A model generated the notes under the pieces. The model was not told the origin of the DNA. It did no database searches and was given only the letters and a program-made list of their open reading frames with translations. A stretch of 59,957 bases of DNA, counting the filler, from Jimgerdemannia flammicorona (taxonomy: Eukaryota): the NCBI GenBank assembly GCA_003990765.1. It is 3 parts of 3 records of this genome, joined end to end, with 100 filler letters (N's around TTAATTAATTAA, not from the genome) between each part and the next. Parts side by side here need not be neighbours in the genome. Positions count along the whole stretch, not along the records: positions 1 to 19,922 come from RBNJ01001804.1; 2 more parts are not named here. One strand, written 5' to 3'. Every line of letters begins with the position of its first letter. Position 1 is the first letter of the stretch. The position numbers were made by a program, and so were the translations under genes. Positions 1 through 11,811 of the stretch are shown here, piece after piece.

Positions 1-439
1 TGCCATACTTCTCTGCCACTCGCCTTGGTTTCATATTATGAAGACGAAGGTCTTCGAGTATAGCAATTTTGTCCTTAAGGCTGAGAGCTTTGCGGGGCTT
101 GCGATCTGGCATTGGCAAGGGTGTGAACGAGGAATGGTGTAAGCACGTGATTTTTATTTATAACACAACTCGAGTTATAACACGATTTTGGTCTGGTCCC
201 AATGGGGTTGTTATAACTCGAGTTACACTGTATTTGAGATTAAGTATTATCAGACCATCCTTTCTAGGTAAGCTATGTTTCACGACCCACAATTTATGCC
301 CGCCATTTCAATGTTTTCATTCCTGGCTTTACGCAGTTTGGATTTGGCTGACACTTTTGATAGCTTGGTCTGCCTTTCCCATCAAGGCACTCAAGCTAAC
401 GACTCAGAATTCTAGTTGACCTAAACCCCACTTACGCTG

Positions 440-1356
440 AGAAGTTTAAAGCAACTATCCGCTTTGACTTCAGCAAGCTGAATCTTAACCGTACTTACAT
501 CATCTAGGAGTTTGAAGTGATTAACGACTGGCTCAAGGCGAAGGAGTGAAACTCGACCAAAAATCAGCCGAGCAATATAAACATCAACCACTTTGAACTC
601 GATCCAAACGGAAAGCTCATCCCCATACTGCAAACACCTATTTTCAAAGAATCTGCTATCGCTGAGATGTGGTGCAATTCAGAAATTGGAATGTTCTCAT
701 TTCGTCGCAAGGAGGGTTCAATTTCAACGCGCACATAATCAGGACCTCGGATGTCGCATTCAATCACAAGAACACGTATCGCCACCATCAACTTGGAACT
801 TTCGGGGCGATCCTTTCACTCCCGATTTCGTTGTGGAGGTTGAGGACGCTGCGAATTAAAAGAGAAATTCAGGAATATGTACATCGCGGCGGGATCATCC
901 GTTCGCTTAGGGTGATTGGTCGATCCGACGAACATATCTATTCATGTATATATGTATATACAAAAGGGATCAAAACGACATTGTGCGCCGCCGTGAACTT
1001 ACCTGGAATGACATCGATGGTGGAGATGTTTTGCCGAGTTTCACGGAGGTAGAGATGATTGATGAAGCCCTCTCGCAGGTGTGTTGTGGTTGTTATTTCA
1101 TCCTATTAATTCTGTTACAAATTCTCTAATATAATCTTGTGTGTCTGCTACAGGAATTATCGGAATCGTCGTCATCTAGAAGCGAAGAAGAACTGCACAG
1201 CTATGTTAAATGCGGTGCAACTTTCCAAACTGCTCACACTTAAGAACCTTGAAGTTCAGCATATACGCAAGTATCGGACAACGTTAGTTCTAGTAGATGA
1301 AGAACTACCAGAAACAGCTCAAAGATGTCCCATTCTTGGTATCCCAATGACTAGAT
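440..1356 (+). pseudogene. Uma2/DUF820-like PD-(D/E)XK endonuclease-fold gene, frameshifted
   Basis: Stitching frames gives FELDPNGKLIPILQTP...QFRNWN...SSQGGFNF...IRTSDVAF...FRGDPFTPDFVVEV...IYKR...DGGDVLPSF, the motif order of Uma2-family proteins. There are several frameshifts and stops; ends are approximate. Confidence 0.65.
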
Positions 1357-2060
1357 AACTATAGAGAACTGTTGGGTGATGGTTTGTCAGTTTGCAATTT
1401 CTACTTGTATTTTTTTCGCTTTGGCAAATTGGTATATGAAGTTTCATAAAGTATTCTGAAAGCATCATAGTTGACAATTCGAAATCTTCGGTTCGGTTCC
1501 AGTTGGCCAATAAGATTGCGCTTAGGATATCTTGAAGGTCAAAGGAGCTCCACCTAGACACGGTTAACTGCAGAAACGTTTACACGAACTCTGATTTCTA
1601 TGGGATTGTGTCGATTAATAAGGGATTTGCATGCTTGCAAATATGTGGATGTTGGCTTGACTATATGAGGTCGAGGCGATTAAAATGTGACTTAAGAGTA
1701 TTATAATACTTAATAACCAAGTTCTTTTTTAATTGCGAACCCCAAACTGCGCTGGTCACGCGCTTCTACCTCCTTTTTCAGGGGTTTAAGCTGTGAATGC
1801 AGCAACCCCTTTGCAGCACCTGTCAAGTTCTATTTTTTCCTCTCAGGTAACTATCTACCTTTCATTCCTGTATACCATCTTGACTTGAATAGTATACTGA
1901 GCCATCCTATGTATATACTCAATTAAAATACAGTAAAACTAAATATTAAAAATCTAATAATAAATTATATACATACAAAAACTCTAATAAAGGAAAAGAG
2001 AAGAATTTGAATGTTGAACAGGGTAGCATGTGGTGTCATCGCTTTATCGTGAACAAAAAT

Positions 2061-2143
2061 TGAAGAGAGTGGGATTCGAACCCACGCCTCCGAAGAGACC
2101 ACGGCCTTAACGTGGCGCCTTAGACCAACTCGGCCATCTCTCC
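2061..2143 (-). tRNA. tRNA-Leu (anticodon AAG)
   Basis: Reverse complement folds as GGAGAGA/TCTCTTC acceptor, D-arm TGGCCGAGTTGGTCTAAGGC, anticodon stem CCACG-TTAAGGC-CGTGG, long variable arm and GGTTCGAATCC T-loop. A TTTTT Pol III terminator follows. Confidence 0.96.
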
Positions 2144-2409
2144 ATAATGTTTTGGTACAATAGCAATATATAAAATTATAAAAATTATCGTATTCCGAAT
2201 ACATAATCAACATATGTTCATGTGCATATACATTGCTCTTATGAGCAATTTTCAATTTCACCAAAGTTACAGGACAAAGAACTTCTGTTCATTATACGTA
2301 ATTATGCATGGCATGTGCAAAAGTAATTGCATTCTTTCCATGTCGCATAAGAAATCATGACGGGTTTCCATTCGCGAAAGACTCCTGTCATACCCACCAC
2401 TTCGCCTCC

Positions 2410-3021
2410 CTACTTCCTATACCACATGGTCGTCGTCTTCATCCTCCTCATCTTCTTTTGCAGCTGCATCACGCCATATAACAGTGCCTCGGCGGTGGGC
2501 GGGCACCCGGGGACATAGATATCAACCGGCACGATGCGATCGCACCCCCTGACGACCGAGTACGAGTAGTGGTAGTATCCGCCAGAGTTTGCGCACGAAC
2601 CCATGGAGATGACCCACTTCGGCTCGGGCATTTGATCGTACAACTTCCTTAGGGCCGGAGCCATCTTATTAGTCAGCGTGCCCGCGACGATCATGACATC
2701 GGACTGGCGCGGAGTAGCCCGGAAGTGCAGTCCGAGCCGGTCCTGGTCATACCGCGGCATCGCCATGTGCATCATCTCCACCCCACAGCACGCCAGCGCG
2801 AACGTCACAGGCCACACCGACCCGGCCCGGGCCCAATTCACAACCTCGTCAAGGCTAGTTGTCACGTACTCCGCCGCGTTCGAGGGCACCGGGCTACGCA
2901 TACCCACCTCGCCGAACTGGTTTGGCTGCATGGATGTTGAGTGGGCCCGGCGCGGAACCAGAGTGCGCGTGGCTGCCGGGACGGATTTAATGAGTTGGAG
3001 GCCGAGCTTGGTGGATGTCAT
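2410..3021 (-). CDS. NDUFS7: NADH:ubiquinone oxidoreductase 20-kDa PSST subunit with mitochondrial presequence, intronless
   Basis: Motifs [68 protein letters not shown]; basic Ser/Thr-rich N-terminus. Confidence 0.95.
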   Translation of the reverse strand: MTSTKLGLQLIKSVPAATRTLVPRRAHSTSMQPNQFGEVGMRSPVPSNAAEYVTTSLDEVVNWARAGSVWPVTFALACCGVEMMHMAMPRYDQDRLGLHFRATPRQSDVMIVAGTLTNKMAPALRKLYDQMPEPKWVISMGSCANSGGYYHYSYSVVRGCDRIVPVDIYVPGCPPTAEALLYGVMQLQKKMRRMKTTTMWYRK

Positions 3022-4038
3022 AGTTGTTCTTTGCGATGCGTGGGGTGGATCATGGGAGTGTGCAGGAGTATTTTATGGGCGGTGAACCTAATTTCGGAGG
3101 AGCTCGGAAGCGCGAATTCCAGCGTCGTGAGTCAAGTCGAACCGTTCGATATTTCCGTCCGCCGTCGTCCTGGAAACTCGGACGGGCAGCGTTATATTTA
3201 CATCAAACTCTACCAAAGTAATCCAATCTGGGTATTGGGGCCCGTGCTCGCCGACTTTGCGCCGAATTCCACCTGAGCGCTACAACTAGTAAACTGATTT
3301 GCCAAAAAAAAGGGGGGGCAGGGGTCTGTTTACCGCAAGAATTTGCTAGGCATGCTACGATACCAGCAAGAGTTCATTTCACTGCAACGCAGTGTTTGGA
3401 TAGACAACATCAATGCTCACAGCATACATACAGTGTCTTATGTTCACAAAGCTCACCTCAATCAAATAGTACTATCTAACGGTCATCCTCGCCAGAATGC
3501 ATACCATTTGTTATGGTAGTTGGTAGGTTGTACTAAAAACGAGGGTTTCATGGTTGGACGTTAGGCGGACGGCCCTGATTCAAGGTTTATCTGGAACGGC
3601 TGTTCGATTAACAAAATAAAAACCATTGACGAAACAAAAGTGTACAAAAACGTCCAACGTTTAATTGGATTGATCGAATCCGCACCACCGCATGTGTATC
3701 ATTGAAGGATCATGGTCTACCATTTGCAATGGTAGAGTTACCGTACCATAACTTGGTTGACGATTTTCAAGGCAGTTTCTTTCGTCGACGTGAAGGCAAA
3801 GTTGCAGGCTTTTATAATAATAAAAACCTGGAGTTCCGGACAAAGTCTTCGGTACCGAAACAATATACGCGTCTTGAGAGAATCAAACCGCCCATGTCGA
3901 GAGGAGAATGTAGGGATCAAATACTCCGACGTTGACGATAAACTAAGTTGTAACCAAACTAAAAATCATCTCTTTATTGAGGACAACTCTCGAGCATCTT
4001 TTGTTCATATCGGACCATCATCCAATACAACAGGAGAA

Positions 4039-5946
4039 TTAACGGGCACAGATGTACATGACGAGCTTTTCGGGGCGAAGCAAGCTGTTAGAGTTGGGAG
4101 TTACAGGAAAGTCAGGGGCTTGACCAGTACTCAATGCTAACGTGGGAATGAGAGAGAAAGAGAGGCGAAAAAAGAAAAAAAAAACCCCCCACCTCGAATC
4201 GTCATTGATCTCGGCGTTTCCCTCTACCCCTTCCTTCATTTCAAACCTGACACGCCTGAACAAGGGATACGCCAGGGTCGCCGCAACGGCGAACGCGAAC
4301 CCCTTGCCGATGCAAACCTTCGGTCCATACGAGAAAGCACAAAAGGCGAGCGGCTCCTTTAAATCGGCCGTGTCTACCACTCCAGATTCAGCTCGATATC
4401 CCCAGGGCTGGCCTCTGATCGGTGACATATGTATCCAACACAACGTTCATGAAAATCATGTTGAAAGGAAGGGCGAACCACGGAAGCTTTCGGAGATGGA
4501 GAATGTTGCACCTCCGGCGAATATCTAGAAAATCCTCCAGACCGACTTCCTTCCCAAGGGCATGCCGATCAAGGAGATGGGAAGGTTCTGGTCCCAAAGG
4601 CCTGTTGACGGCCGAGCATCACAAAGATAGGACGTGGAAGAAGCAGAGGTTCTTGATGAACCAGGTTTTCAAAGTGAGTGAATACATCCCTCCAAGAGAT
4701 TTTTTTCGCGGCACGCCGAAGCCCTGGCCGACCGCCTCGCGTTCAGGAGGTTGACATGGCGAACGAATTTCAGCGAACAATGCTGGACATTGTGGCCGAT
4801 GTGATCGGTGCTCGGAGCGCACCGGAAGAATTTATGAGGAGTCTGACGGTGCTGTTGCTCGCGCTAAGGACGCTCTTGGTAATGGTCTCATTTGGGGGAT
4901 ACTTTCTGCGCTACGTCTACTATCGCAGGCACATCAAGATGATGGACGCATTCGTCTACCAGAATATCTGCGAACGGAAGAGTGCAAAGGTGGAGATGGG
5001 AGCAGCGGGCCGAGTGAAGGACGAGGGCAAGAACGAGTCGACCAAGACGATGCTTGATATTTTGCTGGACGTACGGGATGTCGACGAGAATAGACTCTCG
5101 GATGACGAAGTCAGGGACCAGCTGTTCACCTTCTTTCTGGTAGGTGAGGCTCTCGTGTATCGTGATCGTAACAGCCTGCAAGTCGAATGTTTTGTTCTTT
5201 GTTTGCGCAATTGACTAAATTCCCTGAATGTTCGACATTCCTTAGGTAGTGATACGACAGCAAATACTGCAAGCGTAAGTTTCTAGCTACTTTACATCAG
5301 GCTTTGTGACATCCCGAAAGCGCAAATACGAAACTGCCTTACTAATTCAATTGCAATTATATACATTCACTGTTGAAGTGACTTGAATATTTGCTTACGA
5401 AGCACCCAGAACTAGAAAAACGGGTGTCTGCCGAGGTCGACAGCATCTACAGCCAGATGATATACATGCACTCCATTTCACTCAAAACTGTTTAGCGGAA
5501 CTTTGCGTCTCTACCCGATTGGTGGGCCAATATATTATTGATAGTAAAAGAAACCCCCACATGTACACATTCTTCAAGAACCTACCTAAAATTACCGACC
5601 AAAAATTTCGCTTCGCCTCGCCGATTTCCAAGCTCCCTTCATTCTCCGCAGCACATACGAACCCATGATTTTCCCGTCGCACCCCGACGTCGTGGTTCCA
5701 GCCAATATGCAGATAGTGACCTTTGTCTAGGGATGCACCGCGACCCGCGTTTCTGGGACTCGCCCGAGGAGTTCCTCCCCGACCGGTGGGAGCGAGAGAT
5801 GAATGGTAGTGGATATAAGTACAAAGGATGTGTGCTCACGTGATACGGTTTCGGACATCATGGTAAGCGAAAAAGCAAACAGGGATGATAATTGGCGTTG
5901 CTGCAAGGATTGCAAGTCCCTCTATGGCGTAAAGAAGGGCAGGCAT
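4039..5946. pseudogene. Cytochrome P450 pseudogene with internal inversion (N- and C-termini on minus, core 4396-5816 on plus)
   Basis: Minus 5946-5840 reads MPALLYAIEGLAILAATPIIIPVCFF (membrane anchor). Plus core reads PQGWPLIGD, WKKQR, DQLFTFFLVG/SDTTA (I-helix), a damaged ETLR-like segment and MHRDPRFWDSPEEFLPDRW (PERF). Minus 4400-4039 reads FSYGPKVCIG (heme Cys) and ends at the stop at 4039. The core contains stops and frameshifts. Confidence 0.9.
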
Positions 5947-6306
5947 ATTTTGGGGGAGGGGGGGGGGGGCACAATCGGATTCAACCGTTTGGTGCAACTC
6001 GTTCGTTGGTCTTTAATATTCCTAATGTTGGTCTTTATTATATAGCTAGAGGATCCTAATTTCGGCGCTTTGACAATTAAAGTTGTAATTCCGCTCACCA
6101 GCGATCCTTTCAGCATGATTCTACAAAACTTCATGAACATACCTTGGGCCCCTGTCTCATATGTTCATGCGACCAACCACACTATGCTCCCGACCGTGGG
6201 ATTGTTTATGCATTATGAACTTTTGGGATTATGCATTCTGCAGTTGCTACTGCTCAAGGGAACGATCAACCCATCACATAAAGTATACTTTAAAAAGGAA
6301 GTTCTA

Positions 6307-6407
6307 TCCTGCCTAAATATAGTATACCTCCTCACCCCCCTGTATATAAATGTATCCATACACGGGGTATCCCGTTCCCGAGCGAAGCCGAGGCTGTTCG
6401 CGACTAG
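6307..6407 (+). mobile_element. Possible miniature non-autonomous Helitron
   Basis: A|TC start at 6307, subterminal CCCGAGCGAAGCCGAGG motif, CTAG|T end, no TSD. Confidence 0.4.
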
Positions 6408-6482
6408 TACGACATTACAGTCGCTCGCTCCCCGGTGAAGAGGATGATAGTGTACCCGGAGGTAATAGTATGTTGTGATTAC

Positions 6483-6930
6483 CGCTGTCTGTCTGAATGA
6501 ACCGAGTAGGTGGATTATTGAGAATCTTATCTGAGATTGAATTGCCTGGGAAAGTCTTAACCGCAGGATGCCACAGCCTCCTAGAATATACATGAAGTAC
6601 AATTATATATGAAATATAACAAGATGAGGGCAAAAGGCAATATGTTTTAATTGGCTATATGTTTTAATTGGCTATATGTCTTAAACTGGATTATTGAGAA
6701 TCTCAGCTGAGATCGAACTGCCAGTAAGTCTTGACTGCAGGATGCCACAGCCTCCTAGAATATACATGAGATACAATTATACATGAAATATAACAAGGAT
6801 GAGGACAAAAGACAATAGCTATCTGTCTGAATGAACTGGATTCATCTTCTCAACCGCAGAGTGCCACAGCCTCCTAGATTATACATGAAATACAAGAAAG
6901 ATGAGGGCAAAAGTCAAAATGCTTTAATTG
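6483..6930. repeat. Imperfect tandem repeat, about 3 copies of a 130-180 bp unit
   Basis: GCCACAGCCTCCTAGA..ATACATGA and GATGAGG(G/A)CAAAA recur near 6570, 6745 and 6865; an internal TATGTTTTAATTGGC doublet is present. Confidence 0.8.
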
Positions 6931-7236
6931 GGGCATGGAGCCAATTATACATAGTGTAAGGGATAGCAATGAAAGTAGGATGTATCAGCAACAATATAGT
7001 ACACTATGCGAAGAAAAGGAAGACACACGGGTAATATGTGGGACTAAGGGTAGGTCGGATTAGCTTGAGATGAGTTGCTAATCGCGTCATTGCTCCTGCC
7101 TTATATAGATCTTTCAACGATTCTTCTGGGTAGATATGGAAAGTACGCTTAGTCATCTGGTTCAGGTGTATTAGAGTATTGAGCGCTGCGGGCTGATCCG
7201 GTTCGAGACTATTGACATTGAGAGACGTGGAATAGC

Positions 7237-7372
7237 CCTATCTCAAGAAGGATGTTAGGGAAGCCTGAGCTCAAGAGTATTTTTGCTTGTTAGAGCAGTC
7301 CGAGCTCAAACGTATTTTTGCTTGCTAGGGCAGCCCTAGCTCAAGACGTATTTTTCACTTGTCAAGACAGCT
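7237..7372. repeat. ~35-bp tandem repeat, 3-4 copies, upstream of the SDR gene
   Basis: Recurring GCTCAA..GTATTTTTGCTTG.TAG.GCAG unit. Confidence 0.7.
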
Positions 7373-7449
7373 TTGCCTATTAGAGAATGTGACGCGTCCC
7401 TCACGTGATTGTCCATAATGTCGGTTTGTATACATTTCCTGGTATCGCC

Positions 7450-8501
7450 ATGGCTATTCTTTTAACACTCCTGATTTCAATTATTGTCGCCATCATTTGG
7501 CACTACTATTTGGGGAATGCCAAAACAAAGGCGTGCCTATCTGAGTTCAACGGGAAGCGCATCATTATCACTGGGCCAAGCAAGGGGATAGCTCATTTCT
7601 CGTCATTGCAGTCTTATTTTCGATTTAACAAAGCTTACGTTCGATATTTTTTGTTCTTCCTCACAAAAGGTAAGAAAATGGCGCACACCTGCGCAAAACA
7701 AGGTGCCCACCTAATCCTAGCCTCTCGCGACGTCGACCGGCTCTCCAAAGTATCCGAAGAATGCATCCGCCTGGGTGCTGCGAGCGCCAGAGTCATTGCC
7801 TTCGATGCAAGTGTGACCGACGACTGCGAACGGCTTGTCGAGGAGGCTTTTCCAGATGGTATAGACCTGCTCATCCTCAACCACGCATGGAGCCTGTGGC
7901 AGCACATGGATTTCGGGAACCCTCGTGCCAACGTTGATCTAGTGAAGGCCCTGGCGGCCACCAACTACTTCGGCTACGTGGCGATCGCGCAGTTTGCCCT
8001 CCCGCGCATGACAAACGTTCCTGGGTCCAAGCTACTCGCCGTCTCCTCCGCTGCTTCCTTTGTACCCATCCCGAGCAAGACCCACGCCTATAGCGCGTCC
8101 AAGGGCGCTATCAACAATTATTTCACGGCCCTGCGCTCTCAGCTCCGCATCGCCGGATATCGTTCGCCCAGTGTCACCCTCGCCTTCTTGGGGGCTATCA
8201 ACACGGAGGATTTCAGCGTCGTCGTTAAGGACTCCCTCATTAACAAAAGCACCGTCAGTGCTGAATCTACCGGTTAGTTAATATTCTGTTCATTCATTGT
8301 TTAAGAATATACTCGTGCCATACACATTCCTGATAAAATGGTATACGACGTTGTTTAGGAGAAGCCATGCTACTTGCTACCTTGCAGGGCAGAGAGGAGA
8401 TTTGTTTCCCTGGTTATGTTTTCTGGGTACGGTTAGTGAACGGCCTCGCGCCCGGGCTTTTGAGAAAACTCATTGAGGCAACTGGGTTGGGAATGGAATG
8501 A
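7450..8501 (+). CDS. Membrane-anchored short-chain dehydrogenase/reductase (11beta-HSD/DHRS7-like), probably 3 exons
   Basis: N-terminal TM segment; IIITGPSKGI/GKKMA Rossmann motif split by a 78-nt intron-like insert (7592-7669); DLLILNH, NYFGYV, VSS and YSASK catalytic motif; GT-AG intron after ~8272; TGA at 8499-8501. Confidence 0.85.
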
Positions 8502-8929
8502 TTCTCCTCACTGTAAGACATACTCCGTTCTATTGTGGAATTCGGATGTATCCGTCTCTTACTACGAATAGGCAACTGTACGCATATTAATAATATATTA
8601 AAATGGATTGATAATACGAATCCTTGAAAAGGTAGCGCGTAACCGCGACCGAATAGTTTGTGCGCTCGCAGAACTCGACACTGTTTATCGATTAGAGAAA
8701 AGAAACCATAAAATCCCTTATACAAATAGATCTCGGTGCCACGGAAATCTGTAAGCTAGGATTAATACTTGGGGATTGAATTCTCCACTTTGTTCCGTGA
8801 AGGTTTTTGAGTGAGACAAAGCACGATTCCTAACTCGAAGTAAATAGTGTCCTTGTAAAACATAATCGCGATATTTTTTTGGCCTTCTCGCCTTATGTAT
8901 TCTGGTTCTAGGCATTCTGGGTACATTTT

Positions 8930-9070
8930 TGTTCTACGGCATTTTGAATTGAGGCAATCGTCTTCTGCAGCATTCGGCGTGGAGGCATCGTTTTCTACGG
9001 CATTGCATTCTGCTTCTACAGCATTCCGAACCCACACTCAGGGTACATCTGCTTCTACAGCATTCCATTT
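8930..9070. repeat. Short minisatellite (TTCTAC(A/G)GCATT units)
   Basis: About five imperfect copies of TTCTACRGCATT. Confidence 0.6.
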
Positions 9071-9179
9071 CGGATTCATTCCAGATCGATGTTGACTGGC
9101 AGAAAAATACAAACGGTATTTATCTAACGGACTTAAAAGGACCATCACGTGGCAACGCGACATCACCATCTTGGCCTAC

Positions 9180-11810
9180 TGCTCCACTCTACACTTTTCT
9201 TCATCCTCCCCTCCTTCAAATACACACTCTACACTCTACTGTAATGACAAACTGCTGTAATCCTCCCTCCCCCCACCCTCAAAGAAACTAGTAAGTCTGT
9301 CTTCAAACTTTTATAAATACTACAATACTTTATTCTATTAAATTTTATATATAGCAAATTGTCTTCATGCTATATTAGCAGCAAACTATCTCACACAAAG
9401 AAGATGTAGACTAGCAACCTCAAGAGAGGCTATTAGTCAATACCTTTTTTCTATCTCACCTCTTAGTTATCTAATACTAAGTCATTCTGATTTTTCAGTA
9501 TAATCTTTTATATCTTTTTTAGAGCTCTTAATTAATTTTACTTCTCCTGATACTACCACCCCTGTACCACTTCTTGGAGTAATCACTATCACCTTTCTAC
9601 TAACTTCTCAATCTCTATCCATTACCTCTCATTAAAGATCAATCATTAATAGATAGTTATCAGAACTTAGATATCTAGAATTTGTCCAATACTACTCTAT
9701 ATATCACTAGTCTCTCCTACCAACCTCCTCCTTACCACTATCCTGATGATATTCCCCAGCCTTCTATCTCCAGAGCTTTAATATTCCTCCAGGCTCAGCT
9801 AATAATCTTCTATCTTAAAGTAGACTACTAAGATATATTCTAATATCTATATTATTCTATTCTAAAGCTCTATATACTATTTATACTCATAATAGCTACC
9901 TATTATCATCCAGTCTATACAATAACCCAGTATCACATTTTTTCTCAAAAATTACTACTATATTATCTAAATCTAAAAAGTATCATTTTATACAAAGAGT
10001 CTACCTAGCTCTAAGTTTCTCTCTACTCCCAAGTACTACTAATCTCTGCCTTCTGCCAATCAACTAGCCATCTCTTAAGAGAGTCTACCCTCATCTATTT
10101 TATTATCTCTTCTAATGAGTACTTCTCTAAGCTCTTATCTTCAACTTAGAGTAATTTCAACTTTTACTAATTTCTCTCAGAGTTCTCTCTATCTTCTACC
10201 TCTGGCCCAGTTAGGCCCTTAATCAATTAGACCTTAATTATACCCCAGAATTCCTTATACTGCAACCTACTGATACTATTTATATAGAGCAGTTTTCTTA
10301 AATTCTTTCAATTTATATTATAGAGATAGAATCTGATCTTTCAATTATCTATAACTAGTCTACTTTATTCTTTCTCACTCAAGTCTATCAACCTATACTC
10401 TTACCAGTTTTGAAGAACCTTCAGTCTCCTCTGAAAGTCCATCAGATCTAAGTTCTTATCTATTACTCATATTACTAGTATCTTCTAACTAATCTGTAGC
10501 TACTTCTCTTATTATAGCTATCCTTTAATAATCTTTTTCAGTCTCCTCACCACTTATTTAGAAAAGTTCAAATGATAACTTAGATGCTATAGCTTTGGCA
10601 ACTAGTAAATATTCAAAACCATTACTCTTCTTACTAAGAAGAAGTTTCTTCTAAACTATCTGATTAGTATCTCTTTTTATTTCAATACTATCTCTTACCA
10701 CTACTCCTCTGGCAGAACTGTCTTATATATCAAGAACCAAATTTTCAAATAATGAACAGTCTCTCTTATAGCTATAGTATGACTGAACCTTCTGTTCTCC
10801 TTTAGACCAGTACTAATCTCTATTATCTTACACTTTCTTCAATTTAACTTTATTCCCACTATTCTCTCATACTTCTTAACTCTTTCTTATAAAATATTCA
10901 CATTCTTTTTATATTTTAATCCAACTATTATATTATTTGCAAAAGCCTCCAGCTATTATATTACTTCTCTTCATCCTCAATTCAGTTAGCTGCTCTCTCA
11001 GCCAAGCTAGTATAGATTTCAAGATAAGTATATAAAGAAGAAAAGAGAGTGGATCTCTTTATAGAATATATCTTTCCAATATAAACTCTGGCCCACTCTA
11101 TCTATTTATCAAAACTGCTGCTTGATAGCTCTATATCAGATCTATCAGTCTTCTAGTCTCTATAATACTAAATCTAACTCTTCTCAGTACTGCTTCTAGA
11201 TAATTCTATCTCACTCTATTATAGGCTTTCTCTTGATCCAAAAAGACCATCTGCCTGTTCACTTAATAGCTTCTACAGCTCTCTAGAACATTCTGAACCC
11301 AAGTAGTACTATTCTTAATCTGCCTCTCCTTGACAAATCTATACTACTCCTCATCAATTAGTCTATTAATCTACTACTATATCCTCTCTGTTAAGATTTT
11401 TGAGACCAACTTCTGATCAATATTTAGCAGTATAATCAGCTTCTAGTTACACTATACCCTTTTATCATTTTTCTTCTTATATAGTAAAAAAACTAACTCT
11501 AAGGATCTATTACTAATTCAGCTATCCTTTTCCAATATATAGTTTATTATCTCAATCAGTTATTCTTCAAATTTTATCCAGAACTTCTTCCAAAACTCCT
11601 ATAGTAGTTTATCTTCTCCAGATGATAAACTAATCTATATCTTTCTCAATATCTCAAGTATTTTCTCCAGAAATACTTTGCTTATTACCATAGTACTCAT
11701 TTTTAACAATACTACCACTAGCTATTTTCTCACTAGATCATCATCTATATCCACTATTCTCTCACCTTCCTCAGACTCAATATTATCCTATCAGAGAGTC
11801 TGCTCTGTGG
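9180..11810 (-). mobile_element. Heavily mutated LINE ORF2 (reverse transcriptase) remnant
   Basis: Minus strand near 11250-11100 reads MVFLDQEKAYNRVR*, matching LVFLDQEKAYDQVR of the LINE at 17970. CpG is essentially absent. Ends are approximate. Confidence 0.75.
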
Positions 11811-11811
11811 A

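Noticed and set aside
3500..4030. Coding-like sequence downstream of the P450
   Set aside because: Only fragmentary frames with no supportable family assignment.
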